This document shows, piece after piece, positions 29,187 to 39,346 of a stretch of 64,000 nucleotides of DNA. Origin of the DNA: Sedimentisphaeraceae bacterium JB056 (GTDB taxonomy: Bacteria > Planctomycetota > Phycisphaerae > Sedimentisphaerales > Sedimentisphaeraceae); the NCBI GenBank assembly GCA_044440125.1, contig JBITAJ010000012.1, positions 1-64,000 on the forward strand. Direction: 5' to 3'. Every line of letters starts with the position of its first letter. The stretch's first letter is position 1. The notes under the pieces were generated by a model, which had not been told where the DNA came from, made no database searches, and worked only from the letters and a program-made list of their open reading frames with translations. Position numbers and translations under genes: made by a program.

Positions 29187-31016
29187 TTATGAAACAAGAC
29201 ATTTTTCAGCTTGAGGTTTTGTGTTTTTTGAGTCTGCTTTTTCAATAGCGGCAGGTATTTGCTGTGCCCGTCGTATTTTTTCCAGATCAAATTTAGGTTT
29301 TCGATCAAAATAATACAGACCGTTTTTCTCCTGATATGTATCTATCAATTGGGTATAGCAATAGCCAAACATCTCGGGGTTGTCTAATAATACTTTGCAG
29401 AGTTGCTCAAAGCGTTCGTAAAACTCTTCTTCTGTTTTAGGAGGTTCACCGTAACCCCATGAGGTATTTCTGCAGTTGAGTTTCAGTGTTTCAGGACACC
29501 ATTTTATTCCGCCAAATTCACTGCAGAAATATGGCTGTCCGTTGTATTCAACAGAGTAGTTACTTTTTCCATCGGCAGTAAGATCTTTATATGGTTTGCC
29601 CTCTTCAAGACCTGAATGCAGTTGTTTGAATATTTCAGGGTTTTGCTCGTAGCAGTGGCTGTCGTAGATATCGCTTTCCTTAAGTCTGTGTGAAAATCCA
29701 GATACATCAATAACGGGACGTGTCGTATCCATAGCTTTTGCTGCAAGGAACATACCGAGAGTCAGTTCGGTGAGGTTGTCGTAGTTGTCCGATGATTCTT
29801 TACGGGTTTCATTGAGACCGCACCAGCCTATAATTGATGGATGTGAAAAATCTCTGCTGAGTATTTCCAGCCATTGTGTGATATAACCGGCATGCGGGTT
29901 TTCGATATCAATGCCCCAATCCCCAAACTCTGCCCAGACCAGATATCCCATACGGTCACAGTGGTACAGGAATCTTTCCTCGAATGTTTTCTGATGCAAA
30001 CGTGCACCGTTGAATCCTGCGGCAAGTGAGAGATCAATATCTTTTATCAGTTCATCATCTGTTGCGGCAGTCATAATTCCATCTTCATAGTAGCCTTGAT
30101 CAAGTACCAATCGCTGGAATATTGTTTCACCGTTTATTTTTACTGCTTTACCTTCAATCGTAACAGACCGCAGTCCGGCATAGCTCTGAACAAAATCGAG
30201 TGTTTTGCCGTCTAGGTCAGTCAATGCAATATCTATATTGTAAAGGAACGGGTCGTCGCATGTCCAAAGTCTTTTTCGATCATTCGGGATTTTAAGTTCA
30301 AGAGAAGGTGTGAAATCTGAGTCGCATTTCTTCTCAGAAGTTGTGATTATTCCGTATTCATCTTTCAAACTTGCTTTGACTGTTGTGCCTGCTCTGTCAT
30401 TAGTCATTGGCAGGATTATTGTAAATTTATCTTCTGATAAGTCTGGTGTTATTTTGGGGCGTTTGAGGTGTACTTTACTGACCGGTTCCATCCATACTGT
30501 TTGCCATATTCCTGTTGTCCGGTTGTAAAAACATCCGAAGTTATGATATTGACTGTTGCATTGTTTTCCGCCGGGTTTGCCTTTGTCTGTTCGAATGTCA
30601 CGGGCGCGTACAACTATTTCTATTTTGTCACCGGCTTCTGCAATGTTGCTCAGGTTGCACTGAAATCCTGTCCAGCCTCCTCTATGCTCGCCGGCTTTAA
30701 TACCATTGACCCATACAGTTGTATCGTAATCAACAGCTTGGAAGTGCAGTATTGTGTCTTTACCTTCCCACTCATGCGGTATTTCTATATTCTTTCTATA
30801 CCACACGGCATCCATGAAACCTGTATGTTCTATGCCGCTTAATTTTGATTCAGGGCAGAAAGGAACTGTTATTTCATTTTTGAAAGGTCGGTTGAGAAAG
30901 TCCTTTTCCATTCCTGAATCATTGTGGTCTATTTCAAATTGCCATTGTCCATTAAGACAAAGCCATTGTTCTCTTACAAATTGAGGTCTTGGATATTCGT
31001 TACGTGGTAGGTTCAT
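29187..31016 (-). CDS. Glycoside hydrolase family 2, cytoplasmic
   Basis: Motifs EYPRPQ, LNGQWQF, LHFQAVDY, GIWQTVW, LDQGY, FNGARLHQK, HPSIIGWCGLNE, SEFGG and GYCYTQL. No signal peptide. Confidence 0.92.
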   Translation of the reverse strand: MNLPRNEYPRPQFVREQWLCLNGQWQFEIDHNDSGMEKDFLNRPFKNEITVPFCPESKLSGIEHTGFMDAVWYRKNIEIPHEWEGKDTILHFQAVDYDTTVWVNGIKAGEHRGGWTGFQCNLSNIAEAGDKIEIVVRARDIRTDKGKPGGKQCNSQYHNFGCFYNRTTGIWQTVWMEPVSKVHLKRPKITPDLSEDKFTIILPMTNDRAGTTVKASLKDEYGIITTSEKKCDSDFTPSLELKIPNDRKRLWTCDDPFLYNIDIALTDLDGKTLDFVQSYAGLRSVTIEGKAVKINGETIFQRLVLDQGYYEDGIMTAATDDELIKDIDLSLAAGFNGARLHQKTFEERFLYHCDRMGYLVWAEFGDWGIDIENPHAGYITQWLEILSRDFSHPSIIGWCGLNETRKESSDNYDNLTELTLGMFLAAKAMDTTRPVIDVSGFSHRLKESDIYDSHCYEQNPEIFKQLHSGLEEGKPYKDLTADGKSNYSVEYNGQPYFCSEFGGIKWCPETLKLNCRNTSWGYGEPPKTEEEFYERFEQLCKVLLDNPEMFGYCYTQLIDTYQEKNGLYYFDRKPKFDLEKIRRAQQIPAAIEKADSKNTKPQAEKCLVS

Positions 31017-31055
31017 AGTTTAAGATCCGTTTTATAATTGAGTTTCAGTGGGGTT

Positions 31056-31817
31056 TTATTTCTTAGGGTTCGACCACCAGATTTGTGCATATGGATTTCT
31101 TGTGTAACTGTGAAAAACTTCGCAATCAGTGAAATCTACAAATGAAGCGTGTCCATCAACAAATGACATTGGTGCTCCTTTGGGTTCTTCTGTAACCTTG
31201 AAGCTTTTAGGATGACTGTATTGCCAGTCTCCACCATATGTTTTGTTCTCAAGAACGCATCCAGATACAGCCATATACGGAGATGCTTCCGATATCTTGG
31301 CAGGTGTTACAAATTTATCTTCGTCGTTCCATTCAGCTACGCTTGTAAGGTCTTTGGGGTAACCTACGTAGATGTAATAATTGCCTTCTACATAAGTTGT
31401 TCCGCCTGACTCATTTTCTTCAAGCTGAATATCCCAGTCCTTTACGTCTCTTAAGCCGCCCGGGCAACGAGTGATTTTATAATCTGAGAGGTAAGGTCTC
31501 ACAAAAGTTTCGAGTAGATTGGTTCTGACGAAACCGGAGACTTCAGCGTAATATATTAACGGGTTATTGTAGTAAAATTGTTTCCCGATGTTGGTGTCAA
31601 CTTTTCTGTTAGGGAATCTCTGGTCGTTTTCCATTGTGTATTGTGTTATAGCGGTCGCCCATTGCTTGCAGTGACTGCCGCATATAGTCTTTTTCGCTGA
31701 CTCACGGGCTTTGCCTAAAGCCGGCATCAGAACAGCCATCAATATCGCAATGATTGAGATCACTACTAAAAGTTCAATAAGTGTGAAGCCCTTTCGGCTA
31801 TTTGTTTTATTTAACAT
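31056..31817 (-). CDS. Prepilin-type N-terminal cleavage/methylation protein (DUF1559 / H-X9-DG type)
   Basis: KG^FTLIELLVVISIIAILMAVLMPALGKARESAK, RCPG, and SH...FVDGHAS. Confidence 0.9.
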   Translation of the reverse strand: MLNKTNSRKGFTLIELLVVISIIAILMAVLMPALGKARESAKKTICGSHCKQWATAITQYTMENDQRFPNRKVDTNIGKQFYYNNPLIYYAEVSGFVRTNLLETFVRPYLSDYKITRCPGGLRDVKDWDIQLEENESGGTTYVEGNYYIYVGYPKDLTSVAEWNDEDKFVTPAKISEASPYMAVSGCVLENKTYGGDWQYSHPKSFKVTEEPKGAPMSFVDGHASFVDFTDCEVFHSYTRNPYAQIWWSNPKK

Positions 31818-31899
31818 AAAACCTGCTCCATAAAGTTGTTAGTCCAAAAAAATCACAAAGACACCCTTAGTGATGTCAAAACCTTTATTGTATAGTGGA

Positions 31900-31963
31900 A
31901 TTATAGCAATTGAATACTTAAATGTAAATGTATGATAATACTGAAAATTTAACTTATTCTTTT
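31900..31963 (-). promoter_or_regulatory. Sigma70 promoter plus upstream putative AraC box
   Basis: On the minus strand: TTTACA (31928-31923)-N17-TATAAT (31905-31900), with box AAAAGAATAAGTTAAA at 31963-31948. Confidence 0.7.
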
Positions 31964-32106
31964 GAATAGTGGGTTTGGGTTTGTTTTTTTAAGTAAGTTT
32001 AAATTTCAGAATAATCTTGAAAAAAGCCTTTGATAGCAGTATTATAAGGAATTATGATAGTGATATACTTTTACTTATTCTGTTAAAGATGATTTGAGGA
32101 AATCTT

Positions 32107-32940
32107 ATGAGCAAACCTTCTTCCTGTAAATTTAAAGTACTCAGGACCGGCGTTAAATATTATCATGCTTCGGATTATTTCCTTTACAGGTCTCACGGTT
32201 CTGGTGACTATATATTTATAAAATTTCTGAGTAAGGCGACGATTGAATTTCTTGGTGAAAAGCATTTTGTTGAGCCGGGTAACTGTATATTTTTTTCCCC
32301 TAAATGTGCTCATCGCCTGAGTGGTTATAAAGATGAGGGTCTTGCCAATGACTGGCTGCATTTTATAGGGCAAAATGGAAGAAAAATAATGGCGAAATAT
32401 GATTTGCCTATTAACACTGTTATCCCTACCGTTAATATTTCATTTGTTCGTGGTATTATAAACAATATCAAAAAAGAGATAAGTGAAAGTCAGATGCTTC
32501 ATAGTGATAGGATGGCTGAAATATTGTTTGAGACGTTGTGTTTGAATATTTCACGAAGTCTTGAAGCGGAACACGAATTCAGGTTGAGTTCATCGAAGAG
32601 GGAGCATTTTGATAATTTCAGGAAATTAAGACGCAAAATGCTTGAGACATTCTGTGAAGACTGGACAGTTGAAAAGATGGCGGCAGAGGTTTATATGAGC
32701 TGTTCGCGTTTTGCAGTATTGTATAAAGAGTTTTTCGGTACATCTCCAATTGCAGAATTGCTTGAGGTGAGGATAAGTAATGCCAAATGGCTTCTGACGA
32801 GTACAACATGTTCTGTTAAATCAATTGCACGGCAGAGCGGTTTTAAGAATGTGTACTATTTCAGTCGTAAATTCAATGAGTATGTTGGTTGTCCGCCGAC
32901 AAAATATTATACAAATTATGTAAAAAATGTTGATGATTAA
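32107..32940 (+). CDS. AraC-family transcriptional regulator
   Basis: Cupin-like N domain (DWLHF) and HTH WTVEKMAAEVYMS...IARQSGFKNVYYFSRKF...GCPP. Confidence 0.93.
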   Translation: MSKPSSCKFKVLRTGVKYYHASDYFLYRSHGSGDYIFIKFLSKATIEFLGEKHFVEPGNCIFFSPKCAHRLSGYKDEGLANDWLHFIGQNGRKIMAKYDLPINTVIPTVNISFVRGIINNIKKEISESQMLHSDRMAEILFETLCLNISRSLEAEHEFRLSSSKREHFDNFRKLRRKMLETFCEDWTVEKMAAEVYMSCSRFAVLYKEFFGTSPIAELLEVRISNAKWLLTSTTCSVKSIARQSGFKNVYYFSRKFNEYVGCPPTKYYTNYVKNVDD

Positions 32941-32971
32941 AAAAGGCTGTAGAAATTTTCTACAGCCTTTA
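32940..32971. terminator. Bidirectional intrinsic terminator
   Basis: AAAGGCTGTAGAAA-T-TTTCTACAGCCTTT between convergent genes. Confidence 0.85.
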
Positions 32972-32991
32972 GAAATCTCAGAAAAATATAT

Positions 32992-34572
32992 TTACTCTGG
33001 TGATACGATACTGTCGGCAAGCCAGTAAGCAGCGAAGGCTGCCATGTCATCAAGGTTTACAACACAGTCACCTGTAACATCGTAATCCTGACCGCCGCAT
33101 TGCCATGATGTCATGGAATCAATACCTGCATCGTAGTTGGCCTGTACCTCAGCTTGTGTCAGCAGGCGATTGTAGATACGGACAGCAGCTATATCACCTA
33201 CGTAATAGATGTCATCCCTATAGGTTCCGAATCGAATATCATCAGTTTTGAAGTAGAAATCGTCAATAGAAGATGCAGTAACGCTCTGTACACCATGCGT
33301 TACTCTTGTCCCGCCGTTGACATATATGTCGTGATTGATTTCGATTTTGCCGGTGGTGGAATTGTATTGAGCAGCATATTTGACGAATACTACATGTACC
33401 CAATCAGTAGCACTGTAATCAAGGATGTATCCAGAATGATAATAGAAAGCTCCTGTTGTTGATGTTGCGGCTGTTTCATTATCTCTTTGCAGGAATGCGA
33501 TCGCGTATTTGCCGGTTGCGGCATCACATCTGGTTTCCAAACGCCAGCCTGTATCTGCTCCGTCGCAATTTCCTACGATCATGCCTCTTCCTTTAGAGTT
33601 GGCGATTGCTGCCGGCATTCTGATCCATGCTTCGATTGTGCACCAGTCATCGTCAACAAAACTCAGATTGTCGTGTGTCTCTAAACCAGTTGCCTGATCT
33701 TTAGTGTTGCCGGCTCCTCTATCAGTAAATTCGTAGAACCAGTTGTAAGTGCCTGCCGTTGCATCGGCTGTTTCAGCTGTCAATACCGGTTTGCCCTCAA
33801 GCAAACCATCGCCAGAGCCTAAAACCGGTGTCCAGTAGTCATTTACAAGATCACCGGCATCTGCAGCATTTGCTTCGAAAGCAAGGCCGTTTGAGATGAC
33901 TACTTCGCCAAAAAGGAGATCCGTAGGTACGTAATTAGGCTCGTTTGTCCAGAAGATAGCATCAATTCTCTCTGAGTTTTCGCCGGCTTCTCTTTCGTTT
34001 ATTCTGAATACAATCTTGCCGTCAGTGTCGAGAGAGAATTCTTTTTCTACGCCGGAGGTGGTGGAGTCTGCACCGAGCCATATCCATTTGCCTGCACCTG
34101 CACCGTCATTGCCTGGCAGATCATTGCCAAGAATATCATCTTCATCGGTTACTCCGGCTATTGCTGTTGAGTACCATGATTCTCCTGAACCATCGCCTGA
34201 GTCATTTTTGACAACCAGATAATTAGCCTCTTCATCATCTGCTGCAGGCTGATTAACCCTAACCCAGCAATACCAGTTGCCGCTAAGCTCTATCGCAGGA
34301 TCCGGCAAATCAGCAGAATCAATTGAATATTCGGCCCACCACTGATCTATCTGGGTTTTATTCGAGTACTCAGAAAAATAAAGAGCACTTCCTGATGTGT
34401 TCCATGCTTCTGTGTCTACTGTGAATTGATCTGTCTTGGAATCATAATTTTCTGCTTCAATCCAGATGGAAACATTTCCTGTTGATGAATTGTAGTCTAT
34501 TCTGCAATCAGAAGCGATTGCAAGACTGCAGAAAACAATGAAAAAAAGCACGCATGATCTAATCATAATCAT
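32992..34572 (-). CDS. Secreted, probably non-catalytic beta-sandwich + LamG protein with dockerin-like tail
   Basis: Signal peptide, IWIEAENY (CBM-like start), LamG motif GDIAAVRIYNRLL, and C-terminal YDVTGDCVVNLDDMAAFAAYWL. Confidence 0.75.
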   Translation of the reverse strand: MIMIRSCVLFFIVFCSLAIASDCRIDYNSSTGNVSIWIEAENYDSKTDQFTVDTEAWNTSGSALYFSEYSNKTQIDQWWAEYSIDSADLPDPAIELSGNWYCWVRVNQPAADDEEANYLVVKNDSGDGSGESWYSTAIAGVTDEDDILGNDLPGNDGAGAGKWIWLGADSTTSGVEKEFSLDTDGKIVFRINEREAGENSERIDAIFWTNEPNYVPTDLLFGEVVISNGLAFEANAADAGDLVNDYWTPVLGSGDGLLEGKPVLTAETADATAGTYNWFYEFTDRGAGNTKDQATGLETHDNLSFVDDDWCTIEAWIRMPAAIANSKGRGMIVGNCDGADTGWRLETRCDAATGKYAIAFLQRDNETAATSTTGAFYYHSGYILDYSATDWVHVVFVKYAAQYNSTTGKIEINHDIYVNGGTRVTHGVQSVTASSIDDFYFKTDDIRFGTYRDDIYYVGDIAAVRIYNRLLTQAEVQANYDAGIDSMTSWQCGGQDYDVTGDCVVNLDDMAAFAAYWLADSIVSPE

Positions 34573-34708
34573 TTCTCCTTAAACAAATAAAGTTTTAGTA
34601 TCCAAATTATGCAATAGCATTGTTTGGATTTGTACACAATTCATACCTTAAACTGTAGCTGCAGCTATATATCCTGCCTTATGCAGAAATATCAAAGTTT
34701 ACAGTTGG

Positions 34709-34865
34709 ATTATAATACTTCAGAGGTTCGATGGCAATACATAATAAAATTGTTCTTTTAACTTATTCTTTTAAGTTGTGTTTTGCTTTTATACTAAAAA
34801 TAAAAGAAATGTCCAAAAGTTAGAGAGGATTATAAATTGCAATAATGCGTTTAATAGCGTAGAAT
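34709..34865. promoter_or_regulatory. Back-to-back sigma70 promoters with mirrored upstream boxes
   Basis: Minus strand: TTGCCA (34737-34732)-N17-TATAAT (34714-34709) with box at 34772-34757. Plus strand: TTGCAA (34837)-N17-TAGAAT (34860) with AAAAGAA at 34802. Confidence 0.68.
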
Positions 34866-34897
34866 AGCCAACGTTACCTTGTTTAGGATAAGATTAA

Positions 34898-36553
34898 ATG
34901 GAGCTATTAAGAATGAAAAATCAAAACAGGAAGAATGTTGTATTTACCTTTTCTATTATGTTGCTTATTGGGGTCTTGCTACCATCTATAGGTGAATCTT
35001 CGCAGGGCAAGGTGTATGATCCGCCTTTTAATGTGCTGTACAGTAACGACACTACTAATATATTGACATGTGAAAGCTATTTTCATAAGGCTGGTGAGCC
35101 TATTAATATGGGGATGCTGGATGCTGTTGTTGACGAGACGGCAGGTACAGGGATTGATGTTCATATGCTTCAGCCTGGTTTTACATGGGTTCCATTCTGG
35201 CAGAGTAATGTTTTGCCTGTTGAAGAACACGTAAAGTGGTGGAATGAAACATATCCGGGCGTTGGTGTAAGCGGTTATTTGCAAATGGTATTGGAAGGGA
35301 ATGATTTTGTCGAGTCATTTGTAGACCGGTGTAAAAAAGATGAACTTACACCATTTATTTCGATACGCCTTAATGACAAACACTTGCTGAATGAAATAGA
35401 TGCTCCTGAACATGAAGGCAGGTCTGTTCACATAAGCAAGTTTTATTGCGACCATCTTGACTACCGGATTGGTGAAGACAAAAACGACCAATACCAGAGA
35501 GTACATAACTGGGCAATACCGGAAGCCAGAGAGTATAAATTCAAATTCATAAAAGAGATATGTGAGAATTACGACATATCCGGTTTGGAACTTGACTTTA
35601 TGCGTCATCCGAATTTCTTCAGGCTCTACGAGACTACTTCTGAACAAAGAGCTAAAATAATGGCTGATTTTGTCAGAGACGTGCGGAATCTGCTTGATAG
35701 GACGGCAAAAAAAGATACTCACAGGTGGTTGTCGGTGAGAATACCGGCTTATATTGCATGTCATGATCCGTTGGGAATCAATCTCAAGGAGTTTGAAAAG
35801 GCTGGTGTTGATATCTTTAATATATCTGCATACTTTTTTACAGATCAGCAAAGCGATATAAAGAGAATTGCTGAAATAATTCCTGATTCTGCAAAATATC
35901 TTGAGATGACTCAATGTTCGGCTATTGGTAAGACTGTTGCTAAGGGAATTGACAACTTTGAGTTCAGGCGCACGACAGATGAACAATTCTATACAACCGC
36001 TCATCTTGCGTATTCTTTCGGGTTTAAGGGAGTGAGTGTGTTTAATTTCGCTTACTACAGAAAGCATGGCGATGGTGATAGGGGAGTGTTTAATGAGCCG
36101 CCTTTCCATGTATTCAATAATATTGCTGACAGAGATTGGGTTGCCAAGCAAAAGCAACATTATTTTGTAGGTAAAATCTGGAATCATCCGCGTAAGCCGT
36201 ATCTTGCTTTGCCGCAAAGACTTGAGAAAGGCAACCACTATATCTGTCTTCAGCTTAATATGGTTCCGCCTGCAGGTGGTTGGAAAAAGGATGCGAGAAT
36301 GAGGTTGCAGGCTGATAAGGCATGGAGCGGACAGAAGATAATTATGAGATTCAACAATACTAATCTCCGTACAAATAAACTGATCGAAGAGCCGTATTCT
36401 ATACCTTATGAGTCGGGTATCGGAAAGGCTGAGCAATATAGAGGGTATACTATTCCGAAAGAAATTTTGGCTGACGGCACAAACCAGATAGAATTTAAGC
36501 TTGCCGATGGCGAACCTTTCAATCTTATATATCTTGACATTGCTGCAGAATAA
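34898..36553 (+). CDS. Secreted putative glycoside hydrolase-like protein (stand-alone paralog of the 26584 catalytic region)
   Basis: Signal peptide. VLYSNDTTNI, DETxGTG, HMLQPG, NWAIP, GLELDFMR and YFFTDQQ are shared with 26584. Confidence 0.72.
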   Translation: MELLRMKNQNRKNVVFTFSIMLLIGVLLPSIGESSQGKVYDPPFNVLYSNDTTNILTCESYFHKAGEPINMGMLDAVVDETAGTGIDVHMLQPGFTWVPFWQSNVLPVEEHVKWWNETYPGVGVSGYLQMVLEGNDFVESFVDRCKKDELTPFISIRLNDKHLLNEIDAPEHEGRSVHISKFYCDHLDYRIGEDKNDQYQRVHNWAIPEAREYKFKFIKEICENYDISGLELDFMRHPNFFRLYETTSEQRAKIMADFVRDVRNLLDRTAKKDTHRWLSVRIPAYIACHDPLGINLKEFEKAGVDIFNISAYFFTDQQSDIKRIAEIIPDSAKYLEMTQCSAIGKTVAKGIDNFEFRRTTDEQFYTTAHLAYSFGFKGVSVFNFAYYRKHGDGDRGVFNEPPFHVFNNIADRDWVAKQKQHYFVGKIWNHPRKPYLALPQRLEKGNHYICLQLNMVPPAGGWKKDARMRLQADKAWSGQKIIMRFNNTNLRTNKLIEEPYSIPYESGIGKAEQYRGYTIPKEILADGTNQIEFKLADGEPFNLIYLDIAAE

Positions 36554-36572
36554 TACTTAGATGTTTTGCAAT

Positions 36573-36610
36573 AAAAAAGCCGGTTAAATCTTGATTTTAA
36601 CCGGCTGAAA
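36573..36610. terminator. Intrinsic terminator between convergent genes
   Basis: AGCCGGTTAAA...TTTAACCGGCT preceded by an A6 run (a T tract on the minus strand). Confidence 0.8.
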
Positions 36611-36644
36611 GATTGTTTTAATTTATAATTGTAGAATATTGGGC

Positions 36645-37367
36645 TTAGCTTGATCTTTTTCTGCGTATGAAGAATCCGCCTAAGCCGATTAGGGCCAATG
36701 TTGCGGGTTCTGGAACTGCTACATATTCCAGTGTCAAAGTTGCCGCGGCTTCTGTTTCTCTTACACCGAAGATATCGAGAGATGTTGACTCGCCTGAGTG
36801 GCGTGAAATCATGAATGTAACGTTCTCGTCAGTATCGCCGTTGAGGAAATTGAGTAAGCTTGCTCCGGAGATGCTGTAAGTGTCTCCGCCTGCTCCGCCG
36901 TAATTGTATCCAACCACCTGGAAATCGCCAAGCATAGAGCTTTCTGCGGGGTCAAATGTTGTCTCACTCGTTGTGTCGTTACCGGGTGCATTGTTCCATG
37001 TAAGCCCCATAGTATATGGGTCGCCTGGATTACGGGCGGAATTGATTTCTTCCCAATCATTTGCTGTAACATCATCGTCAAGACCGTAAATGTCATAGGT
37101 CGAATTCCATGCACCGGCGATGTCACGGCTAAGAGTAAGAGTTGCTGAGGTGACATAATCTATGTCTGTAGGCAACTCAAAACGCATGTATCCTTTTATC
37201 CCATTGTCGCTTACGCTGGAAACCCACATTCCGCTGCGATTGGAGAGGCCGTAATCAGGAGCGACTTGCCTGATATCCGTATCGGCAGCAGCACCAAGCT
37301 GGACCGAAGCTGCTGAAGAAATACCTGCCAAGGCAGTAATCATCAGCAATATCAATAATTTTCTCAT
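36645..37367 (-). CDS. PEP-CTERM-anchored DNRLRE-like (CBM96-type) domain protein
   Basis: Signal peptide, AAADTDIR...YMRFEL...LTWNNAP...LTLEY, and C-terminal VPEPATLALIGLGGFFIRRKR. Confidence 0.88.
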   Translation of the reverse strand: MRKLLILLMITALAGISSAASVQLGAAADTDIRQVAPDYGLSNRSGMWVSSVSDNGIKGYMRFELPTDIDYVTSATLTLSRDIAGAWNSTYDIYGLDDDVTANDWEEINSARNPGDPYTMGLTWNNAPGNDTTSETTFDPAESSMLGDFQVVGYNYGGAGGDTYSISGASLLNFLNGDTDENVTFMISRHSGESTSLDIFGVRETEAAATLTLEYVAVPEPATLALIGLGGFFIRRKRSS

Positions 37368-37408
37368 AACAAAACCTTTCATAAAAAACAATCAACTAAT
37401 TAAATATC

Positions 37409-38218
37409 CTACCAGAAATAATCGCGACCGGCTGAAGGCCAGTGGTCATATTTTCCGGGGATTCTCGTGTCGTTGAGAAGTGTCTTTCCATCATCTCTTT
37501 CAGGTCCCATTTCATCTGCGTCAACCCATTCAACGCTGCCATCAACGTAAAGCCTGTTCGAGCCATCGGGTATTACAACGCCATTTTTACTTTTACCTGG
37601 ATGAGCAATTACTGTAGCCTCTGCATTCCAGTCGTTAGCCCATCTGATATTCAAGTCTGCACAAAGAATCTTATCAGAACGGTCTGTAGGTTTCTGGGCG
37701 CATTCTTCGACTGTTTTAGGCTCAGGAATAGTCATGTTGACCAGTCCAACTAAATTGACCAGTCCCATATATCTCGGATAGGGAGCGTCTCCATTGCGGG
37801 GCAGATCTTCCTGGCTAAAGTCGACATCTCCAAGAAAACCTCTTTTAGCTCCCTTGCTTCTTAAAGAAGGGCAAACCCAAAATTCAGCTTCTATGCCGTA
37901 ACCTGTTTTCAATACTTGATATACATTATCGCCCAAGAAGTAAGGTACTACGCCGGAGATTTCATTTCCGATTGGTATATGAACTTCCTTGCCGCCTTGA
38001 GTTGTACATCTGGGTATCCATTGTCCATAATCATTAGCATAGGCAAGATGGGTAACACCAACTTGATGAAAATTTGATGAACAAATTACTTTTTTTGCCT
38101 GTTTTCTTGCCATAGTAAGAGCAGGCATCATAATGCTCATAAGCACGGCAATTATCGAAATTACCACCAGCAGTTCTATTAATGTGAATGCTTGGCGTTT
38201 ATTTAGTCTTTCCATCAT
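37409..38218 (-). CDS. Prepilin-type N-terminal cleavage/methylation protein (DUF1559 / H-X9-DG type)
   Basis: QA^FTLIELLVVISIIAVLMSIMMPALTMARKQAK, WVCPS, and AH...SNRLYVDGSVE. Confidence 0.9.
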   Translation of the reverse strand: MMERLNKRQAFTLIELLVVISIIAVLMSIMMPALTMARKQAKKVICSSNFHQVGVTHLAYANDYGQWIPRCTTQGGKEVHIPIGNEISGVVPYFLGDNVYQVLKTGYGIEAEFWVCPSLRSKGAKRGFLGDVDFSQEDLPRNGDAPYPRYMGLVNLVGLVNMTIPEPKTVEECAQKPTDRSDKILCADLNIRWANDWNAEATVIAHPGKSKNGVVIPDGSNRLYVDGSVEWVDADEMGPERDDGKTLLNDTRIPGKYDHWPSAGRDYFW

Positions 38219-38253
38219 AAAGCTCCTGTTTACATCAGTTTATATGTTTCAAC

Positions 38254-39303
38254 TTATGCGGATTCCCTTTCGATGATATCCGCTTTTATCAGTACCGATT
38301 TATCTTTTTTCTTGTCTTTTTCTATCATGTCGACCAGCAGATTTACCGCTTCATGAGCTACATCTGCAAATTTCTGGTCTGTTGTGGTTAGTTGCGGGGA
38401 TATAAGTCTTCCGATGTCGTAATTGCCGCTTCCTGCAACGGCTACGTCATCCGGGACTCTGATACCGGCATTCTTCAATTGTGTTATTATCTGTACCGCA
38501 AGATGATCATTGGCGGTAAAAACCACATCTGCTTTTGCCTGTCGAATGGTTTTCTCTATAAAAATATCTGTGTATTTTGGCGGTGTGTACCAGCTGTCGC
38601 CGTTAAGCCCATGATCTGTAGCGACCCATATAAGGTCTTTTTCGATTTCCAGCCCTAAGCGTCGGGACGACTTTATATATCCGTTGTACAAAGACTGCGG
38701 AGAGTGCCAGTCGAGGTTTGTTGTGGCAAAAGCTATTCTTCGATGCCCTTTATTGTACAGATATTCCATCATTTGGATTGCGCTGTCTTCGTAATCGAAG
38801 GCGGCAAACGTTGCATTTGATATAGAAGGAGGGTCTATGAACACTACCTTGGAGAATTTCTGAGAAACTACCTTTGGAATATCAATGTCGGGTTCAGGAT
38901 AGATATGGTGCATACATATCACGCCGTCAACTCCTCTGCTTATCAGTTCATCAACTGCCTCGTCTATTGATGCAGGAGTAGGGTATTCGTGAACGATTAT
39001 AAGATGATAACCGGCTTCCTTTGCCTTGAATCCCATTTGTGCCAGTCTTATACTGTTTATCATAAGTGGTTTTGGGTCCATCAGGATGCCGATGGTCTTG
39101 CTGCGTTTACCAGCGAGTTGCCTGGCGGCTTGATTAGGACGGTAGTTTAGCTTTTCAGCGATTTCACGAATTCGCTGAGCGGTTTCCTCCGCAACACGGA
39201 TATTTTTTCCGCCTGAACCCTGCAGCACGTATCCAACAGTTGTTGGTGAGACCTTGGCCTCACGAGCTATGTCAATAAGCCTGACTGGTTTTGTAGTCGG
39301 CAT
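38254..39303 (-). CDS. LacI-family transcriptional regulator
   Basis: RLIDIAREAKVSPTTVGYVL, LNYRPNQAARQL, GHRRIAF, VPDDVAV, PQLTT and IERES. Start may be 39318. Confidence 0.95.
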   Translation of the reverse strand: MPTTKPVRLIDIAREAKVSPTTVGYVLQGSGGKNIRVAEETAQRIREIAEKLNYRPNQAARQLAGKRSKTIGILMDPKPLMINSIRLAQMGFKAKEAGYHLIIVHEYPTPASIDEAVDELISRGVDGVICMHHIYPEPDIDIPKVVSQKFSKVVFIDPPSISNATFAAFDYEDSAIQMMEYLYNKGHRRIAFATTNLDWHSPQSLYNGYIKSSRRLGLEIEKDLIWVATDHGLNGDSWYTPPKYTDIFIEKTIRQAKADVVFTANDHLAVQIITQLKNAGIRVPDDVAVAGSGNYDIGRLISPQLTTTDQKFADVAHEAVNLLVDMIEKDKKKDKSVLIKADIIERESA

Positions 39304-39346
39304 TTTTCTTTCTTTCATAATTTTTAATTTTTTTGTGAAAAAACTC

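Noticed and set aside
35315..36436. 373-aa antisense ORF
   Set aside because: Shadow of the well-supported 34898-36553 gene with no recognisable motifs.
10558..38218. Type II secretion or type IV pilus operon
   Set aside because: Only isolated pilin-like genes are present, with no ATPase, platform protein, secretin or prepilin peptidase in the window.
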